A stretch of 33,883 nt of DNA from Parasitella parasitica NRRL 2501 (GCA_025201805.1 MU619382.1:47311-81193), one strand, 5' to 3'. Shown: positions 1-11,735, counted from the stretch's first letter. A program made the numbers and translations. The notes: generated by a model from the letters alone, not told the origin.

Positions 1-66
1 AAAAAAAAAAAAAAAAGGCAGGCAATTCAGTATCACACGCGTTGCCGTAAATGTAGCAACACTTAC

Positions 67-1212
67 ATTCTTCTAAATCAACTTCTTCGGACAGATTCAT
101 TTTTGATGTGATGGTTTGGAAAATAAGACGTTTTTGACGGCGATCGGGTGTGGGGAATTCAATCTTTCTGTCAAGACGGCCAGGACGCAACAAGGCAGGA
201 TCCAAGGTGTCAGCGCGATTTGTGGCCATAATCACCTTTACATTTGACGTCTGATCGAAACCATCCATTTGATTCAGCAGTTCAAGCAAAATACGCTGTA
301 CTTCTCTATCGGCACCAGTCTGTGCGTCGAAACGTTTGGTAGCAATAGCATCGATTTCATCAATAAAGACAATGGAGGGGGAGTTTTCACGGGCCAATCT
401 AAACACATCACGGACCATGCGAGGGCCCTCACCAAGGTATTTCTGTACAAATTCGGAGCCAACCACACGGATGAAGCTGGCAGTTGTGTGATGTGCAACA
501 GCCTTTACCAGCATAGTTTTACCTGTACCTGGAGGGCCATACAATAACACGCCGCGAGGAGGATCGATACCAATTTGGCGGTAGAGATCGAAATGTGTCA
601 GAGGCAGTTCGACGGCTTCACGAATCTCTTGCTTTTGAATATCCAAACCACCAACATCTGCATATGCCACCTCGGGTCTCTCGTCAGCTCCCAAGAGACT
701 GATGCTGCTATCGGCCTCTGGTGGCAGAACATCAACAAGAGCATTTGAATGACGATGTAAAGCGACGGAAGAACTGGGCTTCAATAGCTCACGATCAATG
801 GTGCTGAGGATGCGAACAACGTAATTAGAGCCTGTGGTTGAGCCGACGATACCCGTATGCTGATCAATAGGTTCAAGGAACTGGCCAAGAACAAGCGGAA
901 CCGACTTGATTCTCTTTACCTCCTCCTGTGCTCTGACCAACTCTCTCTTCAAGTTCTTTTGCTCGTCTTTGATGTATTCTTCTTGGAGCTCAATGAATTC
1001 CAAATCTCTTTGAAGCTTCTTTAATTTGACGTATAAATCCCCCTCTGATAGGTCTTCCAACTGGCCGACTTTGGAGAGAATGCTTGTAGGCTCTTTTACC
1101 TGCTGCAGAGAATCTTTTTTGTCAGCATTCTGAACATATCGAATTGGCCACCATGGTCGGCTTTGTGTGCACAACTTACTTCAACTTTGGGACGAATTCC
1201 GATTTCTTCCAT
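67..1212 (-). CDS. RPT3: 26S proteasome regulatory AAA-ATPase subunit Rpt3 (6B/PSMC4); 3' end lies beyond the window's left edge
   Basis: Exon 1 1212-1180 ([11 protein letters not shown]), intron GTAAGT..CAG, exon 2 1129-67. Exon 2 encodes ...[14 protein letters not shown]...[23 protein letters not shown]...[22 protein letters not shown]...[13 protein letters not shown] (Walker A)...[40 protein letters not shown]. Another GTAAGT donor at 66. Confidence 0.96.
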
Positions 1213-1591
1213 GGCGTCCACTACTGTGTCTTTTTTGTTGGTTTGAAAAGAAAAACAATAGTAAAGAAAAAAAAAAAAAGATTTAAATAGAGGGTTTCTT
1301 TTAGAATGTCAAGGCAACGCGTAATATATATAATATAAAGCCCACAGAAGAGGTGCGTATGTCTTGATCACCAACGTCATCTATTTCCTTCACGTCACGG
1401 AAGCGTAGATTCAAGCACTGCTACTGCATCCGGACATAGTGTTGGGTGATTATACATGCAAGAGCCAATCTTCCTGCTTTCAGCTCTTTCGGACCGGATA
1501 CAAATGTGTGCCCTGAAGCGACGAGCTGCCGCTCCTCTACTGCTTGCACCTTTCTTTTTGCTCGACATTTTACAGTCAAAACCGTTGAAAC

Positions 1592-3027
1592 ATGTCTTTT
1601 CGCAAGTTTGTGGAAAAGGCCGCAGTCATTGATGCTTTCCCCAAAGTTGAAGATGATAACCAGCAGCGAAGTGAAAAGGGTGGTCTTTTGACTGTGCTAG
1701 TCGCGCTGTGCTTGTTTCTATTGACGATGAGCGAGTTTTCAGAGCAAGTATTCCTTGCACACATATTACGACGAAAGACGTATTAACTCGGCAAAGACAG
1801 CTATCGCAAGATACAAACAAGCTACAAGTTTCTGGTAGACTCGACCATTGACACAAAGATGCAAATTAACATTGACACAACTATTGCAATGCCTTGTCCT
1901 TGTGAGTCCAAACGCCTGATGGTGCACATCACCCAAACTAACCCTCTAAGAACATGTAGCCTTGATGGTGCATGTCGTCGATGCTACTGGTCAGCGTACA
2001 AGGCTTACAGATGACCTCAAGCTGATTCCTGTTTGTATATACTCTACACAACATGCGCACGAAGCTATGACTGACTTGAATCTATTGATATTACAGGCTG
2101 AATTCTCTGCTCGCACTGCTACCAAATACCGGTATAAAGCCTGTTCCAAGATCTGTATCTGTAGTGTGCTTATACTCACTCTTTAGCAGACAGGTAGACG
2201 ATCCCAGATACATCCACGAAATCATTCAGGCTGCAAGTGGAAAGCAATACAACCATGAGATTGCCAGTATGTATATTCATATATAAACCAAAAGATTTTT
2301 TTGTGTTTTGTAACAGTTGTTATATCAGACGATATGGGCGCTTGCAGACTGTATGGCTCGCTCAGTGTCAACAAGGTCGCTTCCAATCTTCACATTACAT
2401 CCGATGGCCATGGCTACGCTAGCACCCAACACACTAGCCATGACTGTAAGTATCCCCATATGAATTTTCATGGATGGAGGATATCCCATAACATTTGCTC
2501 CCTAGTGCTTAATTTCACTCATCGCATCGACGAATTCTCCTTTGGCCAGCTGTATCCTGATCTGGTCAATCCTTTAGATAACAGCATTGAAATATCGGAA
2601 ACCCGTGCGTTTGCTCTGCCCAGCTGTTTCGATGTACCGTTACTAATTATATGCCATTGCTATTTATATGACAGATTTTGAGGTGTTCCAGTACTCTATT
2701 TCCGTCGTTCCAACCACCTTCATCGACCGTAGAGACAACGTTCTGCTCACAAACCAGTATGCAGTAACCGACTCGCACAAGAGATTTGGAGAAGTACAGA
2801 CAATTCCAGGAATCTTTTTCAAATACGAGATTGAGCCCATTTCGGTGCAGATCAGTGAGACTCGTCAGCAGTCGTTCCTGCATTTTGTGGTTAGATTATG
2901 TGGAATAATTGGGGGTTCAGCAATTACAGTAGGCGCCATCTATAGATTGACCAACTTTGCTTTGACTGGAGGCAGAGAAGATCCAAAATTGTATACGGGT
3001 GCTCATAGTATGATACGAGGAGTTTAG
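1592..3027 (+). CDS. ERV41: ER-Golgi vesicle protein Erv41/ERGIC2 family (8 exons)
   Basis: Motifs DAFPKV..GGLLT, QINIDTTIAMPC, GACRLYGSLSVNKV.NLHIT, NFTHRIDEFSFG, FQYSISVVPT, NQYAVT, PGIFFKYEIEPI, RLCGIIGG. Frame-consistent exons approx. 1592-1743, 1801-1901, 1960-2030, 2097-2131, 2187-2266, 2317-2445, 2506-2604, 2676-3027. Confidence 0.9.
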
Positions 3028-3279
3028 CTCTACACGCTGTCCATGTTTGTTATTTCGGAATATATACAAGATGTCATATGGTCCGTAAATGTATCTTGCT
3101 CTTGAGCGTGCACTCTTTTTTTGTATTAAATAAAAAAAAACATGCTAGGTATGGTTCATGAAAGTATGACAACAAACAAATACAGCTATAATTTCCGTTT
3201 CGTTTGATAAAAATGATTGTATATCTGTGAGATGGTTTTTTTCCTTTTTACTCTTGTTGCATTACAATTGCTTGAAAAA

Positions 3280-3946
3280 ATGCCCAGTGCCTCTTATACA
3301 AGCTGCTGTGTTCGGTTCTTGGAAGACCCACTTTCGGCTGTCAAGGTTCTGGTTCCCTCTGTTGCGATTGAGGTGCTTCTACACAAAAAGCTATGGCAAA
3401 AGACATCCCTGAGAGACCTGACGCTGTATTTAGCCATTGTCAACACCTACTGGTTTGCAACTACTCTCAATCTGAGCTTCTTGGAAACGCCGCTATTTTT
3501 GCAATCGCCTCATTTGAGCGATCAGCAAAAGTTAGATTGCGGAAGACAGCGCTTCAACTGGCTCAACAAGATCGAGGTAATGTGTATAGAAAACAAGTTG
3601 CTGTTGTTTACACACAGCTTACTTATGCCCGAGCACAATCATTTAGATTATGGTTGGCGTCTTTGGGCTGGATCTCTACTGCGAATGGCGCAAGAGAATC
3701 ATTGATAACCACGGATTTGTAGATGGCTGTCTTGCCAAGGCTATCTGGATCCCTGCCACCGTCACTGCCATCCAAGCCGCCTACCTGTTGCCTACATTGA
3801 ATAAAAAGGCAAAGCAAATCGATCGCACTGGCCATGAAGACGAGCAGTTCCCCAAGGCTCATCGCGCTTACATTGGGTTTGAGACAGTCAAGATTGTTGG
3901 GTTGGCTGTAGCAGGCCTTCGATTTGGAAAGATGCTCACACTATAA
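3280..3946 (+). CDS. Small multi-pass membrane protein, DUF4149-like (2 exons: 3280-3576, 3647-3946)
   Basis: A phase-0 intron GTAATG..TTTAG joins two ORFs. The product has hydrophobic helices and the pattern LSFLETPL..GRQRFNWLNKIE..LLPTLN..AHRAYIGFETVKIVGL, recalled from DUF4149-type membrane proteins. Confidence 0.75.
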
Positions 3947-4101
3947 AATAACTCGTTCCTCCATTTTTTTTTTTTTTTTTCCTCCCCTTTACGTTTCCAT
4001 CCAAATAAATGACAAGGTCCATTCTGCCATACTCGCATGTAAATTTTGTCGTCGTTTTTTTATTCAAGAAAAAAAAAAAAAAGAGAGTAAACAGGTAGAA
4101 T

Positions 4102-4866
4102 TTAAGCATCCTTGATCTTCTTGGTACCACGGAGGAGACCAGTGCGACGAGCAGCAATCAAACCGACCTTTTGACCAGCAGGAGAATCACGAGCCATAGT
4201 AGAGGCCTTACCAATGTGTTGATGGTTACCACCACCGTGAGGATGGTCAACGGGGTTCATGGCTACACCACGAGTCTTCGGCCAGCTGTTACGCTTGACT
4301 CTGTACTTGTGGAAAGCACGACCAGCCTTCAGGAGAGGCTTGTCGATACGACCACCACCGGCAACGATACCGATGACGGCACGAGAGGTAGAAGGGATAA
4401 CCTTCTTGGAGCCAGAGGGAAGACGGATACGGGTCTTGCCATCATCGCCATGACCAATAATAGTAACATAGTTACCAGAGGCACGGGCAATGGATCCACG
4501 GTCACCGACCTTTTCTTCAACATTGCAGACGACAGTACCTTCGGGCACAGAGGCCAAGGGCATGACGTTACCAATGTTCAAGGTAGCCTTCTTACCGGCG
4601 TAGATGAATTGGCCAGTGTACATACCTTCGGTGGCGATGAAAGTCTCGGTACGGAGCTTGTATTTGTAGGGATCGCGGAAGACAACCTTGGCAAGAGGAG
4701 CACCTCTTCCAGGATCATGAACAATATCCTTGACAATACCACGAACATAACCGTGGCGCTCAGCAAAGTCGAAAACTCTCAGCTTGGCGGCACCCTTACG
4801 GCCAACGGTGTGGGAGCGGAAAATGGAACCGGCACCCTTTCTCTGAGCACGAATAACACGACCCAT
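4102..4866 (-). CDS. RPL2: 60S ribosomal protein uL2 (yeast L2 / mammalian L8), 254 aa, no intron in the CDS
   Basis: [16 protein letters not shown]...[10 protein letters not shown]...[25 protein letters not shown]...[11 protein letters not shown]. Confidence 0.98.
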   Translation of the reverse strand: MGRVIRAQRKGAGSIFRSHTVGRKGAAKLRVFDFAERHGYVRGIVKDIVHDPGRGAPLAKVVFRDPYKYKLRTETFIATEGMYTGQFIYAGKKATLNIGNVMPLASVPEGTVVCNVEEKVGDRGSIARASGNYVTIIGHGDDGKTRIRLPSGSKKVIPSTSRAVIGIVAGGGRIDKPLLKAGRAFHKYRVKRNSWPKTRGVAMNPVDHPHGGGNHQHIGKASTMARDSPAGQKVGLIAARRTGLLRGTKKIKDA

Positions 4867-4868
4867 AC

Positions 4869-5151
4869 CTGCATTATCGTGAATTGACAAGTCGTTGATT
4901 ATGGCGAAATGAAGGTTGATGGCAGAAATTGTGTTCAAGTGTTGAAAAAGGTAATGTTGTATGCGAATATATATATAAAATGTTGACAAAGAAAAAAAAG
5001 GAAAAAAAAAAAGGAATTGTTAGCATCGGTCTATCATTCATTCAATCCAGTCAAAACGTGAATGAATCCATCTCATCTGGTCAACATAGTGTGCGTACAT
5101 CGATGCATAGATAGATGCAATCATTCATCCTTTCAACGTTTATAAACTTGC
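4869..5151 (-). other. Putative 5'-UTR GC-AG intron of RPL2
   Basis: Donor AG|GCAAGT at 5151 lies just downstream of a pyrimidine tract (CCTTCTCTTTTTCC, 5161-5174). Branch-like TGCTAAC at ~5019-5025 is followed by a polypyrimidine run. Acceptor CAG at 4871-4869, two nt before the ATG. Confidence 0.55.
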
Positions 5152-5520
5152 CTAACTAGTGGAAAAAGAGAAGGATTATCAGACCTGCTGTGATTTGGAT
5201 GCCCCATATGCACCCCATTTGCAGTTGGGATTCTCCAAAGCAAGAGTTGCGACATGGATTCGGACCGGACCCAAGGGGTAGTTTATGTAATAATGTGTTA
5301 TCGACTTTTTCCAAGTGTCTTGTATCGCATGGACATTGCAATATCTTACAACTCTTTCTCTGCTAAAAAAAATATAGTTACAAGATGATGAAAGACACTT
5401 GAAAAGTGTAACAAAAGGTTGTTTCTTTTCAAGAAAAGAAAAGAAGAGAATGCGATTTAAAACGATCCAGCATATGTAGTTTTGATAGTGAGACTTTATT
5501 ATCAACCACTCAAGAGACAT

Positions 5521-7883
5521 CTACGCAGTGGGGGTATTTTCAATCCAGTTGTTTGCTTGCATGATGACATTGGAATCAATTTCAAAAAGCCGCAGCGAAT
5601 CCATAATCTTGTTCATATAGTGCAAATCGTGCTTTTCAATAACAAAGGTAAACTTGTAGAGGGAGGCGGCTGCTTTTTTGATTTTGCAAACAAAGCTCAT
5701 TGTATGGGTGCAAAACTCGGTAGGCCCTATTGTGGATTCAAAAATACATGTGTTGTTGGCTTTCTTGTGCAATTACGGTATATATCTACAAAGCTTACCT
5801 AGTTTGCCAGACCAGATTATTCTGCCATCAGGATACACGCATCCGCTCATTGTGCCCTGAAAGTACTATGTATACATGCATGTAATTTAGAGGCAAGAGC
5901 GCATTTCGAGGTGCAATCATTCTTACCTGAGAAAGTACGTAATGTAGTTTGCCAGCAGCTGCATACTCTGATGTCGCAGTACAGCATGTAGACACCTTTT
6001 CCCTTCGATGATGTCTCTTTTGCTTGTATTTTTGAGACAAAAAGAAGGATCTCATCTTGTAGCCAAACGCTTTCAGATTCGAGGCAAAGGATACGGTCGC
6101 AGCCGCCAGCGTTGCATGGAATCCTTTTTTTTGTTGACAAGATAGATGCAGTAATTTTGGTTCTAGTGAGAGTATAGTTGGCGTTGATAAATGCGTGTGA
6201 GGTCTAATTTTGGTTGAATGCTGAATTACGGTGGGTATAGTGCTGTAATAAGGATATTTGTACATTGGTTTGACGCTGCAAATATCGGATGATTTGGATA
6301 CATGATGATGATGGTTTGATTGCACCTGTGGTGCGACATCAAAAGATTGGTTGGGCTCCAGTGGGGGCGAAAGAAGGCTATTATCGTCATTATAAAAATA
6401 CGTGTGCTGATCACACGGTGAGCCATTGTTTGGCGGTGATGGAGGTCCTATTTGTTCTGTGTTACAGTAACTCAATTTTTTGGAATTTGTCAATCTTTCT
6501 AAACGTCGTTGTTGCAAAAGTTGGTAGGTGAGTTTTTGTATATTTGGTCTATTATAAAAAAAAAAAGGCATTATTATAGGTATGGGTGAAACAAACATGT
6601 GAGGGGGGCATATACTCACTCATTCTCTTGTAAGGCGCTTATGATTTGGTCATGACTGAGGTCCCGCCACAGCACTTTCAAGGTTTCTCTTGTAGGGCCG
6701 TCCAGATCATTTGACTGTAAAAGAGTAGGTGATTTTAGCTTTTCATCATGCCAGGGATTATTGTCTTGGAACGAGAAAGAGTGCATTGTAAATGGAGTGT
6801 CAGCAAGATGGATCGACTGCATCCAAGGATGGAGCAAGATATCGTTAAACTAGCAGTAAAATTAGTGTCATGCCTCACGAATACACGAGCAAAACCCGGG
6901 AAACTCACATTTATGCGTTTGTTGGGATCAACAATCAGCATTCTATAAATAAGGTCCTTGGCGGATTCAGAGACCCATTCCGGTATAGGCCTGAAACGGC
7001 CAGTCTTTATCTTTGCAAGCAGTTTCCCAACGTGATTGTCATCAAACGGCAGCTTTCCCGTCAATAAGACATACAGAATGATACCAGCAGACCAAACATC
7101 TGCGGCTGGGCCATAATAAGGAATTCCCTAATTGAGTAGACTTGTCAATTTGTGCTGTTGAATTTGTTGGCTTTACATGCCAACTTACCCTCACGATTTC
7201 CGGGCTAGCGTAGTGGGGCGACCTAAGTATTAATTTCATTAATATAAACATCATAATAATGATATCATCGTGTTACCCGCAGCTTGTCTGTAGCAGTCTG
7301 TTTGTCGGCTGCATAATTGCCATTCCAAAATCAGCAATCTTGATGCTCTTTTGGTCGCTGTCGAGGAGGATGTTTTCTGGTTTCAAATCACGATGGCTAT
7401 ATGTAAAAAGAAAAAGGGAGAGGAAGAGGGTGGTTAGATCAGATCAGCACAAGAGCATATACGGCATTCATACCAGATATGTCGGGCATGGCACCATGCT
7501 AATGCACTCGCAATTTGAGAGAACAGCTCTCTTACTTTGATTTCAGGAATGCAGCCTCTTTTATTACCAAGAAGCACTTGGTACAGTTCACCACCAGGGA
7601 CGTACTCTGTTATAAAGTATATGTTGCTCGAGTCCTGCAAGATCTGGTACAAGTTGATGAGGTTTGGGTGGTTCAGCAGTTGCAATACAGCCAATTCTCT
7701 CTCGACTGCTTGGGTGATCTTTAATGATATCGACAGCTGCTTTCGAGGGATGATTTTTATGGCTACTTTGATTCCAGATTTTCGGTGAATTCCAAGCTTA
7801 ACTTGGCCTGTGGATCCATAGCCGATAGTGTGAGATATTACAAACTCTCCAATGGCAAATAAACTATCGTCTTTTCTAGACAT
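5521..7883 (-). CDS. CAMK-group Ser/Thr kinase of the GIN4/HSL1/Cdr2/BRSK type (~8 exons)
   Basis: [72 protein letters not shown]. Exons approx. 7883-7474, 7396-7277, 7222-7189, 7127-6909, 6849-6620, 6548-5927, 5856-5799, 5726-5521 stay in frame. Confidence 0.9.
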
Positions 7884-8364
7884 TTTGTATTCTAAAAAAT
7901 GCAAGAAAGAAATGTGAAATTTTATTAAACTAAAAAGAGGAAACTTAAATATGCCCAAAGAAAAAGAGAGAAAAAAAAAAAAAGTATAATACCAAACCAA
8001 TGAGAAAAACCATCATCATGATATATATGATCACCAAACTGCTGCCTGTTTCTTTTTTACACACACACACATACGCACGCACACACCACACATCACATGG
8101 CTTACAGCCTATTATTCCTTTATCTGTGGACGACATCTCGATGAGAGAAGGAGCAACAGAATTTCATTCGAGATATAATATATATATAAAAGGGGAAAAT
8201 CATCAAAAAAAGCAATATATAATACACAATGCACCTGAAGGAAAGGGGGTTGGGTGTCTAATTGTTGATAAGGGAGCATGATAGAAAGCAGGAGAGACAT
8301 GTATCCAGGACCCTTTTTTTGGTTTGATTTTGGGTGTCATGTAACACACACACACACACAGCAA

Positions 8365-9311
8365 TCAATCCTTCTTTCGAAGAGGCTTCTTCTTTTTTGG
8401 AGCAAACGAGGTAGAATCGCTCTGTTTCCTCTTTTTGAACGTCAATGGCTGTTTGTGGTCTTGGCCCGCTTCGAGCGCAATGTCCAAATCTGCAGGGTAT
8501 TCTTTTTCCTTGATCTTGAAATGATGTAAATCTTCTTGGTCCTCATCGTCATCTTGGAACTCTGCATTTTGATCGTGAGTTGCAGTGGAGCCAGCATTGT
8601 TTCTCCGTACGTTGATATCGGTATCATCAAGTGCGAGATTGGCTGCAGGCTGCGCAACTACAGTTTCCCATTCCCCAACTTTGGCAATCTCTTTGTTCAA
8701 GGCCCATTCTTCACGTCCTTGCACAAGCTGCTTTTCTGCTGTCTGCGATTGTTGACGCAATTCTTCAATGGTGGGGACATTGGGAGCCGTGTAGTACTCG
8801 GTAGTAGCTTTTCGAATTGGCTTGTCTGCAGTGCTTGATCCAGAAGGGACTTTGTATCTATCTTGGATACCGACCGAATTCAATGCTGCCTAATCGACAA
8901 AAATAGATTTAAAAAGGGGGGGGGGTTAGATTGATAATAATGCTGCTGATGCGATGCTGTGGCATTTACCTGCTCAATACGAGCTAATTCACGACGCACG
9001 CTTTCTGCATCCTCTTGGTCTTTTCTTCCCTTCTGATAAACTCCACGCAAGAATCTCTCGACTTCATCTTTGTGTGATCTACCGTTCTCATGAAGCTGGA
9101 TAGACTATACATGTATAGTTGGAGAATTAGCTGATTTGTGTCTTGTGTTCTTTTACTTGAAAGTTTTATTTATTTACAGGTTTATTATTAGCAACGTATT
9201 TTTTGCAGTATTTGCACCAGTGTCTTTGCTGAGAAACCCAAAAGTCAGACCTACAAGTACAATTAATATTGATGCTCTTTGTCGTATTGCGTGTTTTAAC
9301 AACGCTTACAT
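8365..9311 (-). CDS. U1-type (matrin) zinc-finger spliceosomal protein, WBP4/FBP21-like; no WW domains seen
   Basis: Spliced product MSDFWVSQQRHWCKYCKKYVANNKPSIQLHENGRSHKDEVERFLR...ELARIEQAAL...VGEWETV...LTFKKRK. Exons 9311-9310, 9250-9178, 9104-8970, 8889-8365. Confidence 0.85.
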
Positions 9312-10507
9312 ATTGTTATGACGAAGAAAGAATTACGATGAAAAATTAATGGCTCCCAAGTTTCATGGCTGCTGATCTCAAAAATAGTCAAATAGAACTA
9401 CATAGCAAACAAGATGGCTCAGGGGGGGGGGGAAAGACATGCCATACAAGCATTTTCTACCAACATACCTAGAAAAAATAAAGATACACGGCTTGCAATT
9501 CAATGCAATGCATGCGTTTAAGGATACCACATAAAAACTTGTCAAAAGTGGCTAAATTCTCATTGCTTTTGTATCATGATACTGTTTCAATGAGGTATTG
9601 ACTACGCGTGATAACGCCTGCTTTTTTTTTTTTTTTTTTTTTTTNNNNNNNNNNNNNNNCAAATATGGTACTATCATGAGATAGTCATTATGAATTGTCG
9701 AGTAAACAGACAAAATAGATTTGAATTATAAAAGACTTGCAAAGAGGCTGCTCTTGGTCTAACGTGAGTGCACTGTCCGCCAAACAATAATTATTCGAAC
9801 TGCAAGGCTTCTGAGCATTGAGATACGTACACGTGCTATACAGTTAGTAGAGAGGAAATGCTATTATAGTAACATAATACATTCGGCTTTAACTTACATG
9901 TTACGATACTTTTTCTCTTCTTGATATTGGCTTAATTGATATTGCGAGCTTCTTCAAATTGTATCCCAAAGAGCGCTCAAGATTCCATAGTGCTCACACC
10001 TCTTAGCATGGATTTTCTACCTATAGGCAATGTCTTTTGTGAAGAATCTCATTGCATGTAATTTTCAGCTCTGTAATTTTCATCCGCACATCTGATAGCT
10101 TGGAATCTTGTCTAGTAGCCATCGGAACCAAGAGCGATATAAATACCTTGCACGCTGAATGCTCTTGCTGTCTAGCATTTAACAGATATGCTAGAACTAG
10201 CGGCATGCATGGACACCTACGTGGATTTCAAATGGAATGTTAATGCCTTCAAATTTCAAGCCGTAAAAAAAGTTTCTACATATCGTTTACCTTTGTGTGC
10301 TGCTGTAGCTAGCGAGCCTTGTATATATATATACAGTCGACATATGATAAAAATAAAGTCAAAAATAAAATATTCGGTGTACTGTACAAGAATCTATTTT
10401 GCTTTATTATCATATAAAGGACAAGAAAAAAAATGATGCAACTCATCACAAAAAGAAGGTGGAAGGTGGGGAAGGGGATTATAAAAGGTAGAAAACTCCT
10501 AGTGGTT

Positions 10508-11701
10508 TTAGTTGGCTTTCTTGGGAACCGGTAAAGTGTAAGAAGCAAAAAGCTCTTCGTCCTTCTGGATATCCTTGATGGCGGTAACTGAGACAGTGTC
10601 GTTTTCAAAAGTCAATTTGACATTGGCATTGTCGTCAGATTGGCCAATATAGGTCGAGATCTTGTAAAGACCGGCACCAATATATTTAGCATTGGGATCG
10701 GTCGATCTCACATGTTCATCGGAAGGACGAACTTGAGTTTCCTCTGTCGATGGAGCAGGGATACCATAAGCGTTGTACAGCATCTTGCCCTTGAGCATCA
10801 AATAGATCTCATCAGACAAAAATTCGCTAATACCTTGCACCTTGGGGCCGAGAACTTGCTTCAACAAGGCAATTTCAGCAGTAGATTCAGGGCTGGCAGT
10901 AGTCTCCAAATATCTAAAACGGTCGACATGATCCCAGGCACCAAAAGTAGTTTCGCCAACAGTTTCTGTTGTCTTTTGCTTCTTCAATTCCTCGGCAACC
11001 ATAGCAGACAAAAAGCGGGCAATCATGTAAGGATACTTTGTATTGCTAGTCTTGGAGCTTTCATGGAATTCCAAAGCAACGTTCTTCTCCTCTGCCTCAT
11101 CAGCTTCTTTGATCTCTGTAGATTTGTTGTGAGAACAGAGATATTGGTGGTAATCGGTATCAGCACTTTGACGACATTCCTCACTGCAAAAAGCGACTAG
11201 GTCACACTTGGGACATTCAACCTTGTTTTCGGAAGTGACAGGCTTCAAGCAAAAGTTACAATGAGATCCCTCCAATTCAGGATACAATGCAGATACGAGA
11301 GGACGCTCGGAAAAGATGACTTGATCCTGGGCAATGTCCTTGTCGGCAGCAAGAGAGCGACGAACGACAGGAGTGCCTTCCTCACTGACACCAGCAGGAA
11401 ATTCAGCCAGTTTAACATTGGTCTCCTTGGGAGGAAACTTTTCGTAATACAGGTTTTGGCGCTTCTGTTGCTATAAACGAATGAATTGGCATCGTTTTTT
11501 TTTTTATGAAAAAAAAACCTCCCCCCCTTCAAATCCCGGATAAATCGCTAATACTTACATCAAGAGCCATAATATTGATGATCATTTGGAAAACTGGTTC
11601 AGGGACAGTCTTTTGATAAATCATGATCAACTCCATAGGAGCTGGATAGACTCTCAAAGCCAGATAGAAGGGTAAAACAGCATCGTTGTAGAAAGCCTCG
11701 C
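10508..11701 (-). CDS. Tom20 (MAS20) receptor domain fused to a MYND zinc finger and split SET domain (SMYD-like); 5' exons presumably in the gap 11736-12205
   Basis: Exon 11701-11559 encodes GEAFYNDAVLPFYLALRVYPAPMELIMIYQKTVPEPVF (Tom20 core). A phase-0 intron 11558-11471 (GTAAGT..TAG) joins in frame to exon 11470-10508 (963 nt). That exon carries RRSLAADKDIAQDQVIFSERPLV (SET-N), CNFC..CPKC..CSEEC..H..C (MYND) and GAGLY..VTAIKDIQKDEELFASY (SET-C). Confidence 0.85.
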
Positions 11702-11735
11702 CTGATAGATGCATTATTCAATATGCAGCCATTTT

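Noticed and set aside
4171-4887. 238-aa plus-strand ORF
   Set aside because: Antisense shadow of codon-biased RPL2. The same applies to 10640-11200, 17628-18029 and 31061-31405 opposite their genes.
4867-4989. 41-aa N-terminal extension of uL2 in the ORF track
   Set aside because: It is open only because this stretch has no in-frame stop. uL2 starts at MGRVIR, and the region looks intronic.
1488-5269. Shared 11-mer TTCGGACCGGA in the RPT3/ERV41 (1488-1498) and RPL2 (5259-5269) upstream regions
   Set aside because: Only two copies. Chance 11-mer matches are expected in 34 kb, so it cannot be called a regulatory site without genome-wide enrichment.
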